Positions 24,201 to 39,200 of a DNA stretch of 64,000 nt are shown piece by piece. The position numbers and the translations under genes are program-made. Under the pieces are notes generated by a model. That model did no database searches, had not been told where the DNA came from, and was given only the letters and a program-made list of their open reading frames with translations. Origin of the DNA: Pavona decussata (lineage: Eukaryota); the NCBI GenBank assembly GCA_977016875.1, contig CDRNST010000414.1, positions 62,001-126,000 on the forward strand. The letters run 5' to 3'. Numbering within the stretch: the first letter of the stretch is position 1; each line of letters opens with the position of its first letter.

Positions 24201-27200
24201 GGGGTTCGGTATCTGGCGCTACCATTATTCGTCGCTGTTAAAAGGAAGCCTTCCACAAGTGCGTGTCTACTAGTCTCCCACGCCTTTGGGAAGAAAAACA
24301 ACAACTTGTTGTCAGAAATAATTCCAGAAAATATTTCTTGAAACACATTGCAAACTGTGTAAACACAGTAATAAATATTGGTAATAAATATGACTGTCAT
24401 CGTTTTGATCAGACTACTTCATTCGCAGGGTGAGAAATCTGGGAACGGCGTTGCTGTTCAGAAAATTTAACTCGATGACTTAATGGACTACAATCACCCA
24501 GACAGATCTACCTGTAAACCAAAAAAATACATCCGATTATAAGCCCCCCTCCCCCTCCCCCCTTCGAACTAAGCCCCCCCCCCCCCCCGTCTAGCTTTCT
24601 TTGTTGTACTTAAAACAGGAAAATGGAAAAACTATACACCGTATTCACAAATGGCGGATGCGCAGGAAAAAACTGGCACTAGGCATCAAAACGAGGCGTT
24701 ATAGGATAAACAAAAAATAATTTGCCTGCGAGTACAAGCTCACAGAGAGACTATTTAGCTGATAAGCTCTTAAACAGCAAGTTTTTCAGATCGCTGGTTT
24801 CATTCCGAACGAGAGAGGTCTAGCGTTTCTTGGTTCGTTTCTTGTAGCAATCCCAAATGCAAAATAGACAATCGCGGAAACAAATCGGTTAGAGTTTTTG
24901 TTTCCGAAGGATTCAACTTTCGAGTGCAGATGGATAGAGATACTACAGAAGTTTGTTTGGTATGTCTTTCGGAATCCGAAGGTAAGGTAGGTCTTGAAGG
25001 GAAAAAAATGAACATACAAAAGGATGCATTTCTAACGAGAGTTACGTGATCAACTTCGTATCGAACGTTCCGAGCGCAAGAGAGACTACAACCATTTGTC
25101 TAAACCGCTATAATACCAATAATATTCGGTTGAAATCATTAAAGATTTGCATACTTAATTAGGGAATTTGTCAGAATTAGATTATCGTATTCCGCTTTAC
25201 ACTGGGTTCCTAAACTTGCCATTCCTTGTAATGCAGTTACAATATAACGCATTTGAGAGTGACATTCCTGAATTTTCTTGGAGGATCGTTTTCTTAAAAT
25301 TGATACCTTACTTCCAGTAGTTCCTCTTGACTTTGGTAACTGCTACATTTTCAATGACTTGCATGAATCTTGGCCAATCTTGCGATGCATGATATCTTTT
25401 TTATTTCGGGGGAAAAGCGCCTAAAATGTACCGAAATATTTAAATCTTGGCAATATATTGCTTCCTTAGTTAAACTTTTCTTTCAGTAGCTTCCCTCCAC
25501 CTCCTTTTGTTTTCGTTTTTTAGGCATTAGAGCTGTTAGGAGTCGGTTTTTGAAGCTTTTGTGATCGGAACTTCCGAGTAGTAACCACCACGCAACCCCT
25601 CTTTGGAACCGCGTCCGTTTGTAGATTCGTTTTCTTTCCTTCGAAACCTGTTTTAATTCCCTTTCCAAAAAATACATTGAATAAACCGTTGTGGCTCCTG
25701 CTAGAGTGAAGATCTTTCTAACAACTTTTCATATTTTCTGTAGACATTACACTCGTAGGTTTGAAACAAACAATCTAACTCAGTTTTTTTCCTGTGAGTG
25801 TCTAGTTTGCATTTGAGATTGCTACAAGAAGCCAACCAATAAATAATAAACACTAGAACTTGAACTCGTTCGGACTAAGTGATCAGAAAAACTCAATTTT
25901 TAGAGACTCAGCACTTATCGACCCTCTATAAGACTACATTCGCTGGAAATTTTTTTTGTTTATCCTAAAACGCCTCGTTTTGATGCGTAGTGCCAGTCTT
26001 TTCCGCGCGTGTCCGCCATTTGTGAATACGGTGTATTGTAGTACAATAAGTTTATTACTCTCTTTTTACATAACTACGATACCTTTATTGTAAAATACCA
26101 TTAAAGTAACTTTTCAATGCTTTACTGTAGTATTACTGTACAACACTGAGTTAATAGGCTTCAACTTAACGCGAAATTAAAGCTTAATTGAAAACCAGTA
26201 ACTAGAAAACGTTTTTCGATCAACACTGCTATAGCTCGTTTCGAAACGTTTTTTTTTTTTTTTTTTTTTTTTATTCGGGTAACCCACCTAAAACCCCTTA
26301 CGAAGTTATGTATACGCCCAGGATAAATAAAGCTGCCTGTTACGATCAGTACCTTTGAACCCGTAGGCAAAAGAGCTTTATTACAGCCGTGTTGCTTTGT
26401 GAAGGCTCTGTAAAGAACTTGATTGACCATGCCTTCAGTATTCTCTGCGTCATCAATCACTTTGTCCAATTTATCTTAAAACAAAACAATAACAAATCAA
26501 TAACTGAATAAATAAAAAAGTATGGCAGATATTTAAAATCTCGGCTACTGTAGCATAGCCAAGACAGAGATTCTAATCATAGCGTCTGAATTTTGACGCC
26601 GTTATTTTAGTTTATTATTTGTGGGGACATTGTCACAGATGAAATGATTAAGGTTTGTTATGGACCAAAACACGAATGGTGCATCCTTTAGTATCAGACA
26701 TATACTACTATACTTTTTATGCTTGCCATCATGAAATGTTCTCAGGGAGTTCTGATGACACAAGTCAAACCTTACGGGAACAGGAAATGTAAAACAAATT
26801 AATGGATTCCTAATAAACAGACCAAGCACCGTTACCTGAGCCATAATAACACCTGAGAATACTATCTTTAATCCTTCAAAAAATCCACAATTTGTTACAC
26901 TAACTAACCTGTAGGAGGAAAGGCATCCCCGTATTTCAATCTGTACTTATGTTGAAGATTCGCAACTACCAGGTTCAGCTTGTAGTTCAGCTTCAATGTA
27001 AAAAAAAAAAAAAAAGAGAAATGGGTAACTTCTACAAGAAGAAGTTCAGTTCAATGACACTTTGGTTAGGTGTAGTAATTCAAATGGCTTACTTTAAAGA
27101 CATTTAAGAGGAATTATTACATATATTGTGAAACTCCAAATTTCACCCACTTTGGATTTGTTCTAACTCGTTTTCTTTTGTCTTTTAAAATGAACCTTTG

Positions 27201-30200
27201 TTCTCCAAACTTAACGACCTCAAAAATTGTACAGATCATTCTTGGCTATCAATTAAAGCCATGGTATTCAAAACTGAGTCAAGACTAATGGTAGACAATA
27301 CAAGCCACTTATCTTGGAACTCAAAACACCAAATAGGAAAGAGAACAAGTTTTCAAACGGACAGTTGCCAACTGGTTGAATTCGTAGGATTATCTTTGCC
27401 ATTTTTAATATTAATTCCTTCAAATGAGATGAGGTTCTGGTTTATTGACGCGTTTGTTTGTTTAGAAGTAGTCCAGAAGTTTCCATCATACAATTTTAGA
27501 AGGACCATACCTCACTTTTTCTACTGGCTACTAGGTAGTCTTCTCCGAGACTGATAGATGTGAAATTTACTCCAGTTATTAGTTTTGAATTGAAGCTTGA
27601 CAGGATTGATATTTTTGGTAAAACCGATATTAATCCGACGACAATAAACAAAAATCTTTTAAATCAATAAATCGGAGATTTTGCGCATTCCAGATTAGAA
27701 TTCAAAAACCAATGCCAACAACTTGAACTCCGGTATATAGCAAACAAAGTAGGCAAACATGTAAACAAAAATCTGTTTATTTGATTTTAAATGAATCGCC
27801 AAAACATTTTAAACCTTTGCCTCGTAAAAGTAAAAAATACGAAAAACACTACTTTGACGAAATTACCTGAAAATAATGCCAAAATTGTGCCCTGAAGTTA
27901 TTATTTGACGCCACAGAAGTCTTGTTGATTTTCCCTGTAGCGACCTTAAGAACGAGTTTTGTTTTTAGTTTCGTTTTTGTTTTCGTTTTTTTCTCAGGTA
28001 CGGTAATCCTCGCCTATGAATGTTGTTTGATTTTCTTTTCTCTGCGTTTTTGCAAAGATTTCTGGAACCACTCAAAGGACATTTTTTAAGATCCTTTGTT
28101 TGCATTTTTGATGATGTAAATTCAATTTTAAACCGCGGAATCGCTTCACTTCCGATTTATCCCAAAACCTGCGTATGGATTATTCGCTACGGCTATAATG
28201 TGTATAAGAAATGATTTACACAGCACAATAAGCATAAAAAATCGTAAAGGAATAGGAATAGATTTTATTTTATTCTGAAATTTGCATTCCAGAAGCTGGA
28301 AATAGGGAGGAGCAAAGCCTTTTATACCGGAATGAAATAAATTCTTTTATTACACCCATTTTGAAACCACTGGTTATCCTTGCAATTTGATTGGCTCTCA
28401 ATAGTGCGATTCACTCACGAATCGCACTATTTTTGGCTCTAAATCGCGTCATTTGTTTAGCCCATCAAAATGAAAATGTGAAATGTGAAAGTGGATAAAT
28501 AAATATCGAAATTGACAAAAAAACTGTGTGATTTCAAAATGGGTGTAATAAAGTGGTAATTGAACTTCGTGTCATGCAATTTTGGTCGAAAATCATACTT
28601 GTGATTTCAAATTGAATTCGCGCTGTGCGCTCCTTAGATTTAGAAGTCATGCGTATGATTTCAGACCAAATTACAGTCCACTCAGTTCAATTACCATTAT
28701 AAATTATATTTTGTGTTTTGATCATTTTACTTTTGAACATAGATGATTAACCCTATGTGCCGCTCGGACTCACCAAACGTTTCAACTTCCTTTGGGTAAC
28801 TGACACGTTTTTGTTGATCGTTTTAGTGTTTTTCTGGTGTTAATCAATTTTTGGTCAATTTCTGTGGCTTTCTGCAATTTTGAAGAAATCCAGAAAATAA
28901 AGCTGGTGGATAAAAGATGGCCGCCGTTTGAATCACGACGTAATTCCCGCCTCTTGTGACCTCATCACCTCACTCAAAAGAAACAGTCAATACCAGGAAC
29001 TCCATTTGGACTTTCAACTTAATGTGAACTTGTTTAATTATGTTCAGTCTTAACTGTAATTTAGATATTTTGGGATTTTTTAGCTGTTTAGCTGTTTCTT
29101 GTTTTGTTTGTTCCTCCTTTGACTGTGATGTTTTAAAATCAATGTAAATGGCGTTAGCTCCCTCGATGAGCACTTTTTTGCTCTTAGAGCAAATGTGGAA
29201 ATAAATATTTTTTAAATAAAAAAAAGGAAACAGTCCCGAACGTACCATTCACTTTCCAAGTTTTCATTTCCATAGCTTGATACTCTCGAAGTTATGGTGG
29301 GAAGCGAGGGTTCCAGCTCCCTGCACCCCCACCCATTCTCCCATTCTTACGCCCAGATCTTAGGGTTAAATATTGGTAACTATACCGTTCAGTATCGATC
29401 GTTTCATAGCATTTCTGCAGGGTATTCTATTAAAAAGAAAGAGAACCTAAACGCCGGGGATTTTTTATTTTTTTTTTTATTTTTTTTTTTTTCAGTACTA
29501 TGACAGTGGAAGTAATATATCAAACACGAAAAAGCGTGTTTCATCAGATATCCAAACACCGAGAAGTAGGTTGAGAAAACGAGGCGCCAACGAGTTTTTT
29601 TAAACGACTTCGAGGTGTTTGGTTATCTGATGAAACACACTTTCGAGTGTTTGATATGGCTTCTCTAATGATCAATAACTCGTGGACAAATTCAAGGCAA
29701 AAGATGGCAAAATTTTATGGTAATTAGTAACGCATATCCAAACCACTGTCACAGTAGTGATTTTCTTTGTTTTCTCTTGATGAATTAATTGAGTTTGAGA
29801 AAGCCATTTCTTTGCTAATCAGTCTTTGTTTGCTGGTGTTCGACTTACCCCAGCATGTTGTTCACGTCTTACCACTGCTTCGTCTACTTTCCATTTCTTT
29901 CGAAGAAAACAACAGCACATAACGAGGGTAGAGAAAATGTTGAAAGGCACTGGTATGGGGTGATAACTGCTATACGTCTGGATAGTAACAGCGTTTTGGA
30001 ATGCCCATTCCTTTTGTGAATTATCCTGAGGATAAACATCAGTTAATAATGTTGTATAAACACCTCTGAAAGGTTTTTTGTTTTTCTTTTTGTTAGGCAG
30101 GCACATTACTGACTAAAACCTATTCCATTATTTCAGAGAAAGTTATACGCATCTTTTCTAAAATGCCTTACCTCTTCCATTACCGTTTGTTTCGTTTTCT

Positions 30201-33200
30201 TATGCAAAATTACCAAAATTGTCCTTTCAAATGACCCAAACTTATACAAATATCCATCAAAACACACCACTAAAAACTCGTGTTTTAAGTGCTTTCAGGT
30301 GTAAATCGTCGTCAGAATACTGCAGACTCCAGTTCATTTCTTCACGTAAATCTACCAAAATCGTATTTTAAACTCTCTCAAATTTCCCATACAAACGTAA
30401 CTAAAGTACAGTGACCTCGCGAAAATCGATGAGACCGTCTGACACCACAGCCAGTCCGGCTAAGTCTTGCAGTGGCTTCTTCAGGACCAAAAAGTTAATA
30501 GTGCACGGATTGAATTGCGATTTCTGAGCGACGAAGGTTTTGGTTAACGGAGGTAAATTTAATTTTTTCCCGTCCAATGAGTATTTTGGGCACCAATGAA
30601 CTATTATAAGTAAAAAAAATAGCCAAAAAAGGACAACTTTCCCCGAACTGGAACTTGCTAATTTGCTTGTCACTTCTATATCTGTGTCACACAAAGGCAA
30701 CAAAGCAGCTATTTCATGGAACTAAGGCCTCAAGGCGCTTAATGGACACAAGAGGAACTCATTTCAAATCACGCGTTTTTGCCAAAACTGAACTAAATTC
30801 TCCAAAAGTCCGTTGAACCATGAACTGAAACATAATACTAACGGCTTGTGTATCACAACTACGATGTCATTTAAACCTAAAAAACGAAGACTAAGTTTTC
30901 CTATGAACTACTGAAACTTGATTTACCGTCATCATGAAAGTTATGTTACTTGGATGCATTGGTCAGCCTGAAAGAGTGAAATATTTCAAGCAGCATCGTA
31001 CAACGCATACTGCAACAGAGTTGTTTAAAATTCCTACGGGGGCTCGTCAAATTTACCGGAATATTCTACCGATAGGTACAACAGAGTTTCGAGACCTCAG
31101 TCGGTTTCAAAGCTAGTTACACAAGTAACTTTTACTTTTATAATTAATACAATTGCATTTGCATTTTTGTGCCTGCTTTTTCGAAACGAAAAACATGAAA
31201 GAAATTCAAACTCGCCAAGGAAGAACTTGTCGAGTAAAACAACTACCTCTCGTAAGCGAACAGCAAGTTTTCTTTGACAAATTGTAATATGGCAAACTTT
31301 ATTTCCTCGTGGGTTTGACAACAATTTCCAAGTTGTTTCTTTGAAAATTTTCCTTCTTCAGAAACAACATAAACAGCAGGAAACAGATAAATGATAGCCA
31401 GTTACCTGTACTCGCTGGTAAGTGTTGGACAGTAACGCAATCAACATGTTAATGAGAAGGATGACGGCCATGACAAGGTAAGCAGCAAATAACAGATGGA
31501 CGAGAGTTTCTGATAATGAACCAGCTGATTTGAAGAAATCCAATCCGTTGGATAACTGTAGCACAGACCAACCAAGGTGAGTAGTTATCCTCCACCAACT
31601 GAAAAAAGAAAAAAAAACAGGCGCACGAAAGCCTGAGAGATATCAAAAGGCTAAAAGAGAAGTGCAAATGGAAAAATAGACAGTGGCCCACGAAAGAGAT
31701 ATCAAAAGGCTAAAGGAGAAGTGCAACTGGAAAAATAGACAGTGAATGTTTTGTCTGTCTGGTCTTTGTACCCTTGTTAAGTTGAAAGGGTATGTTTTTT
31801 GTTTTGTTTTAAGACGTTACTCTCCAAACTCAAAACTTTTGGATTTGAATAAATGATGTTTGACATGCTCTAACCAGAAAAGATTTGCGTCGTTTGTGCT
31901 CTGCAGTTAACATATGGGAGTCAAACGCAAGATCCCAGGCAAGGAGGTCTCAGCGCACAAGCAGAACCCCAAGTTATTTAAAGGACTCACGTTTTGGGAA
32001 AAGAAAGGTAAATATACTACCACCTACTCCTTAGCCATGAGTTAATGTCGACATGATACGTCAAAGCTAATACATTTGAATGTAGATCCTAGTATAAGCT
32101 GAAATAGCCGATGAATTCTTAATAAAACAATGATCTTGTTCTTGAAGATTATCGTCTTGTAGTCAGGTGTCCTTTTGGGCGATATTTTCACGAACTCGTT
32201 ACAAAGTCGAAGAAGCGTCAAATTTGGCACAAAGATGTATCATGGTGTAAGAAACAAATTTACAAGGATTGCTACTGGCTGCAACATCAAGGAGGTTAGA
32301 AATTACGACTTACATTTTCCAGGGGGTGGGAGTAGGAATGACTGCAAATAATATATCGTTGAGCTGAATTATTCTTCCAAATGTACATCCCCATCAAAAT
32401 ATTGAAATCACCAGTGTTCGAATAAGAAAAAAATATGTCAACAGAAAGAGTTCTGACTAAGGATGTTTATTTTTACAGGGAAGTGTGAAGGGGTGATCAT
32501 TAGCCAATGGTATCAATTTCTGCAGAACACCAAAACATACGCTGATCGAAATTCCTTCTCTGTCTTTGATGTAAGAAATGCTAGCAGCGAAACAATAATT
32601 TTCTGCTGTATATTGACTGCATCTTCATTTCACCATGGGCTAAGTTCATGGTTATTTCAAAATCTTAAAGGTCAATTAGCTTCTTAGTATTGCTGTTAAG
32701 TAGCAAGCAATTGATCTTGAGGTTAATATTCTACAGCCAGATAAAAGAATTGAAGGTGACTGCGGGAACGTGTCTTCCAAAAGAAGCTCGAGTCTTCCAC
32801 CGAGGTGTCCAACTTAATGCAAACGAGAACAGCACGAAACAAGAGAGTTGACAAGAGGTCGAATGAGCAAGACAGTTATGGCACTACACCTGCTCATTTC
32901 TTTACCGTCTTCCGCAACTTCAGATGAACCAGTTCAAGGTTAATACAGAACGTAAACACATACAAAGACGCCAATTTTCCTTTCTCTTTTTGAACTTCAA
33001 CGCCTTCCCTACAAAATGACTTAATGGATGGTTCAGCAAAATTTCACAAATTGACAGACATGGAAAAATCCCGAATCATTAAGTGACGTTTCCTTGATGT
33101 TGACGTCCATCTTTGTTTTAAACGCTAAGAATTGCCAAATAAACGATAGATTTTCAGCAAAGCAATTATTAAGAAAAAGGAGAAAATTCCACAGGGTCTA

Positions 33201-36200
33201 AATAAAGCGACATAGACGACACCCATTTCTCCGCATGCGATGCTCGTAAGCTTTTATGAAGAGACTTTTTGGATTTATACGAAAGGGAAATTAAATAAGC
33301 CAAAATAACAGAAACATGTATAGACAGGCGATGAAACGTTCGAAAGTTTTTTTCAACTCACCATACTATTCCGGTTTTGTTGCACATGCTGAAAAAGAAC
33401 GGAAGAAAACAAGAATAAATAGCTTTAAATAAGTGTATTACTATATGTCGCGAGGCAATTTGACCAGCAAAGATTGTTTCCACATCTTTTAACTAGGGAG
33501 AAAAGTGTGCCCAAGTAACTAGAAAGTGTAAATCCTAACCTATATTCTGATGAGTGGAAAAAGAGGGACGGAAAAGGGGAGAGAGTGGAGAGAAGAGGGG
33601 AGAAGCAAGAGTATAGGAGAGGAAAGGAGAGGAAAGGAAAGAAAAGAAACGAAGTAAAGGAAAGAAAAGAATACAAGCGAAAGCGAGACAAGAAAGGAAG
33701 AAAACAGAATAGAAGAGGAGAGAAGAATAGAGAAGAACAGAATATAAAAAAGAAAAGGGAAAAAAACTTGTAACAAAATGTTTCGCTTTATACATCAGCG
33801 CAATAATTACACGAGTAGTTTACCCTTATCTACACCATAAACCGGCTGTTCGAAAGCCGATTAACGCTAATCCCCGCTTAATTGTTAACCGAGGTTTTTA
33901 TCCTGCTCATTAAAAACGTTTTGAAAGGTGCTTCTAAGCTCAAGGGGAACTGAACGAGAAAAATCGTTTGGAAAAATGATTATCGATTACTAATTAAACT
34001 TGAATCAAAGTTCACGTTAACCCAGGATTAGCTTAATCGGGATTTAAACAACTGGGCCCAGAGCTACAATTTTGAATCGTTATACTTACAGGTTCTTTTT
34101 TGTCTCCTCGTCAACAATCGACGTTTCCACAACAAATACTTTCATTATTGTGCTTGAAAATGCCAACATGATTGTACCAAAATGCAGCACCACTACAGCT
34201 GCGTCCCGGATGATTTGAAATAATGCGATCTGAATGGTTCCAACTTCTTCAAATGCTTCCAGAATGGAACCAAACACTCTGAAAGTTAACAGCATCGTGT
34301 TCAATCCATAAAGATAGCCAGCTATCTCCAGGATCCTGTTGTCTGTTACTGATTCTGACTCCACCCAAGTAAATATTCTGAGAGGAGTTATCGCACAGAA
34401 AAAGGTGAAGAGAATGCCAAAGTCAAAATAGTTCCAACGATCTCTGCAGGAAAAAGAAGTAAGACATATGTTGTCGCAATTAATGTACAACTAAACTCTT
34501 AAAATATTATAATAAAACGAAGAAGCTTATAAACAACATATTTCACAGAACCGATTAAAGCTGTAAGAAATTCTTGACCTCCGCCAAGACCATTGCCACA
34601 CTCTACCAACCGAATTAAAAAAATAAAAATAACTTTATTGCCACAATTGTCAGTTAATCTCTAGATTGGTTTTGGTGATTGCCATTAATCATTTAAGTGC
34701 AGCTCAAGTACATGTATAAGACTTAACTGTTAAACAAGATATACTGTCAAGATCTCGGAATAAGTGTTAAGTTTTAGATTTTGACGACGAAGACGGACAT
34801 GTAGGGATTTCTCACTATCAACAGACCATATTGGTACTCTCGATAATCAACTGGATCTAGTTAAGAATTGGTTCATGCTTAGCGTGTGTATATCGAGTTC
34901 TGGATGTACGCAGGAAGTTTGGAGAGCACGAGAGAAGCGCAAGAGTTTTAGTAAATAGTTATAACTTCAATATAACTTTTCAACACACAGCAGATTAAAG
35001 CATCGCCATTAGTTCTTGGCGACTAATCAGTTTTCTAGCGAACGTTTACAGCAAGAGATCACCAACAGTGGTCGAAAAACTATCTCATTCAGGGGAAAGG
35101 AGAAAAGCAGACAACAAAATTAAATGTCAGTGATTGACATGATCAAGACAAGTGAAAATTAAGTACCTGAAATAATTAGTTAATGCTCTTGATTTCTTTC
35201 CGTCGTCTTCAGAGCGTACCAGGCGTGTGATCTGCTTGATTTCCATCAAAAGGCGGCCTAAGAGAAACACCAAAATGGTCCACTCTAGGCCGCTGAATGT
35301 GAGTTGCGAAGGCTCGAAACAAATTGCCAAGTGTAGTCCAAGAAGGGCCAGGTAACTCAGCGAATCCCGGACAAAGATAAAGTAGGGGAGTGTGAAAAAA
35401 TCCTTGTATCTTTTATATATGCCTAGAAGGACGATATAGACATTTCTCAGTATTTATTTTCTCCAACATCAAAACGAAACATGTATCAATCAAGGTTGAA
35501 CCGCCTCATCTTACTGCCCCATTATTTTTCATATTATATTTTAGTCTTCATGCGCCATCCAGGACGATCAGGTTTTCACACAAAGGAAATTGACTTGCTA
35601 AGCTCATGTATAACACAGCGTTTGTGATTTTAGGTAAGATTAAGAAAAACCTTAGGAACTGGCTAAAGAATCAGTTGTCATGACAAGTTATAAAAAAAAC
35701 ACTAAGCGATGCCTTTTTTTGATATAAGAGCAAAATCAAGTGACGATGTGCCATAAACGCTTTCTATACTAACATTAAGTTGTAAAACATTCCATGAGAG
35801 GAAGTTTATAAAACCCAAAAATGTCAGGAGCGTAAAAAAGTCGGATTCGAGTGTTGCTGTTTCTTTTAATGGCGGTTTGGTTTTCCATCCGATGAAGTTC
35901 AAGTGGAACAAGTTAACGTACTGATAGAAATTTTACAAAAAAACTCACATGTAGACTTGACCTCGTCTTCTCCTAAGAAGAATAGTCTTCCTTTAAAGAA
36001 AATAAAAGAATAGAAACATATTTAGCTCAATTTATCTAAACATAAAAGTTTTTTCCACAAAGTTTTTTTCTACGCAGTCAGATTAGCCTTGCAGTTATTT
36101 CAGTTACTTATTTTTATTTTTGGCTGATTAGATCTTTCTGATCCTGCGTATACTTGCAGCATTTTCGTTCGCAGCCCTTTGCAGTTTATTCTTCTCATCA

Positions 36201-39200
36201 ATGCGCACATGCGCTTGGAGTGACATAGTGCCTTTAAATAAAATATTTCACTCTATTTCACTGTAACAAAGAGTCCGAAAATGACACTAGCACGTCAGCA
36301 ATGTCTTCTAGACAACATCTGCATTCTTAAGGAAAAAACTGACTTACTTTGGAAAAATGACCTAAGACAGCTGACACGGGCTGCCATCCACCCTGCACAG
36401 AAACAAAAGTATGTCAAATAAATGTTTATAAGATCTTAGGAGTTATTATGGAAAATGACCTGAAGTGGAACTGTCATGTTGATTACATTATTATGAAAGC
36501 TTGTAAGACGTTATACTCCCTTAGAGTACTGCGCAGAGCCAGGGTGTGCCAACCCAACATCTTGAGGATATACCTTAGCACAATTCGGCCAGTTTTAGAG
36601 TATGCTGTACCAGTCTGGCAGGACATTCCTGCATACCTGTCCGAAGCCATAGAACGAGTGCAAAAAAGGGCGCTTAAAATAATCAACCCCGAAACAGAGC
36701 CATATGCTCATGCCTTACAGTTAGGTAAACTAGATAGGTTAGATGATAGAAGAGTACACTTGTGCTACAAATATATGACGAAAATGAAGTCCCCCAGCCA
36801 CCCTCTGCGCCATCTGCTTCCCAGCCCAATTCTGGATGCGCCTAATTATTACACCTTAAGGCAGAAAACACAAAAGTATTATCTTTTCCGGAACATTCAG
36901 GTCTGTAGGACAAAGAGAGTGGAGGACTTTTTTACATTTAAATATTTTAGGTGAATCAATTGTTATTATCATTGTTATAACTGTAAATTACTATACATTA
37001 GATAATAGTTGCCTTACAATTGTAAATTGTATTCGATAATTCAGTTCTTTTACTGCAAGAGAGTTTTTAATAAACTTAAACTTAAAAAAATAATTGTTCG
37101 AACACTCTAGTTGACATTTAATTTGCACGGCCGATTCCATTTGAGAGTAAATAACTCTGCCGTCGTTGGTGTTGGTGTGAGTCAAAAACACTCACTCTTG
37201 TTATCTTCCGCTTTTATTAGGAATTAAGTCGCACCTTTCGGAAACCGATTGACATTCATTTCTGACATAAAGTAAGAAAATGAATAAATTGGCAGCTGTT
37301 CACATTTTATTTATTTCGTTAATCTTAGTCAGAAGTAACCACGCATGCAAAAATTTGTGGCAATTAACTTCTGGAATAAGGAATACAGCTGTTTCGACAA
37401 AGGTTGTCCAAAAAAGCGTAAAAGCGTCCGCGACAATGCCGAAAGGTAAAGTCTGGGAAATATCCAATAAATTTCAATGAAAGCTCAGAATCCATAATGG
37501 CTCGACCGTACAGCGAAGACTTGAGATGGCGGGCAATATGGATTCTGAACTTTGATTGGAATTTATTGGGTATTTTCCAGACTACCTTTCGGCATTATCG
37601 CGTACTTTTTACGCTTTTTTTGGACAACCTTTGTCGAAACAGCTATATATCACATGTCATGTTCATGTTCATGTTCATACATAAGATTAAAAAAAATGGT
37701 CATGTTCGCACTTTTTGAAAAGCCAATGGAAGTTAATAATATAATATTATCACCAGAGATTCTAGTCTTTTACATTTGGAGTGGAGCATCAAACAAGTTG
37801 ATAATTTATTACTTACCTGCAGCGAAAGCTAAGAAGAATGACAGCGGGAATAGTACCATGTCTAAAATGCACCAAGTGTTGAGGAACAACCACCACAGTT
37901 TTGAGTCTTTAAATGCTATGCGACGATCGCCATGCCATCTCTCATTTAAAATGTCGATGATGATAGGATGGTCAAAAAACTACAAGAAAACAAAGTAAAG
38001 TTTTGGGCTGCAGTCCGTTTGGATATTACAGTGCGACTAATGTTACCGGGCTCACTTAAAAAAAAAAACTGGCCAATCAGATTGCAGGACAAGAACAATG
38101 AATTTCAACCACAGCCGATTGAACCAATCATGAATAGACGGAAAACAACAGTTAAAACCCAAAAGTTTGGAATTATTGATCATTCGTATCATAATGTGAT
38201 CTAATTGGCCAGTTTAAAGTGACCCCGGCAATAAAAGTCGCACTGTAAGCAACTTAGCTGTTGGCTACATGTCACAGTCATGGATCACTTGGCCGAGAGC
38301 TCCACTTTTAAATTGTTAAAGATGATGTCAGAATTCCAAAGTTTAGTTTTAAAAAGTATAGATAGCATCTATACTAATCGCCTTAAATTTTTTCACGCGC
38401 CGCCATTTTGGATTTTATGATGTCAAATGCCAGGTTCCTATTTTCTAGAAGCAGCCATGAGTCATGAAATCGAGAATGGGTGCAGCGCGCGGGAAATTTA
38501 CACGCGAATAGGTGACAGTCAAATTCTACTTTACCTGAAACTGAAACATCATTTCCGTGCTCTCCCACGAAATTTGAAATTAGTCGTATGCAATGAGAAG
38601 CATGCAACGACTCGTGATGTTGAAGCCAAATCTATGTGGATTTGGTACTGAGCGAACAGGTTACAAACCGGCGTCGCATTTAAGGAAATTTTCTCCTTGT
38701 GGTTGACACATTAGTTATTCAGTATGCCTCTCAGACGTTCATTTTAATAGGGAGTTTTAGCAACGCGACGGCGACGGCAACGAAAACGTCAATATTTGTG
38801 GTAACCAAAACAGCAACTCTCCAGGTGCATTACACTTTTTGGTACATTTCTTTGCCATCACTGCACGACTAGGGCGTGAAATTTCCTGATGGCACGTTAT
38901 ATGGATTACGTAAACACAAGACGAAGAATTTTTGCTTCTCTTTTTAAACTTGGGTGCGCTCTCCAAGAATTCATCTCCAGAAAATTTCACCTACATTTTA
39001 CATCTAAAGCAAGTTGGAATAATTGCGACGACGTTTGAAAAAAGGCGGATTCATTTTAATAATGACATTCTCGCTGCCTTCGCCGTCGTTGTTGCTAAAT
39101 TTCCCTAATATCTTTAGTTAAGACTTTCGAAACACGTTCCAAATATTACCTTCTTTTGCTCAAGCTTAATTGCGGTCTCCAGGATAATGTCCGTTTTAGG

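Noticed and set aside
31625-31745. Tandem duplication of about 55 bp next to the pore-exon acceptor
   Set aside because: Real but intronic, with no evidence of an alternative exon.
33425-33795. Several F/L/S-rich or K/R/E-rich ORFs
   Set aside because: Artefacts of the GA-rich low-complexity tract.
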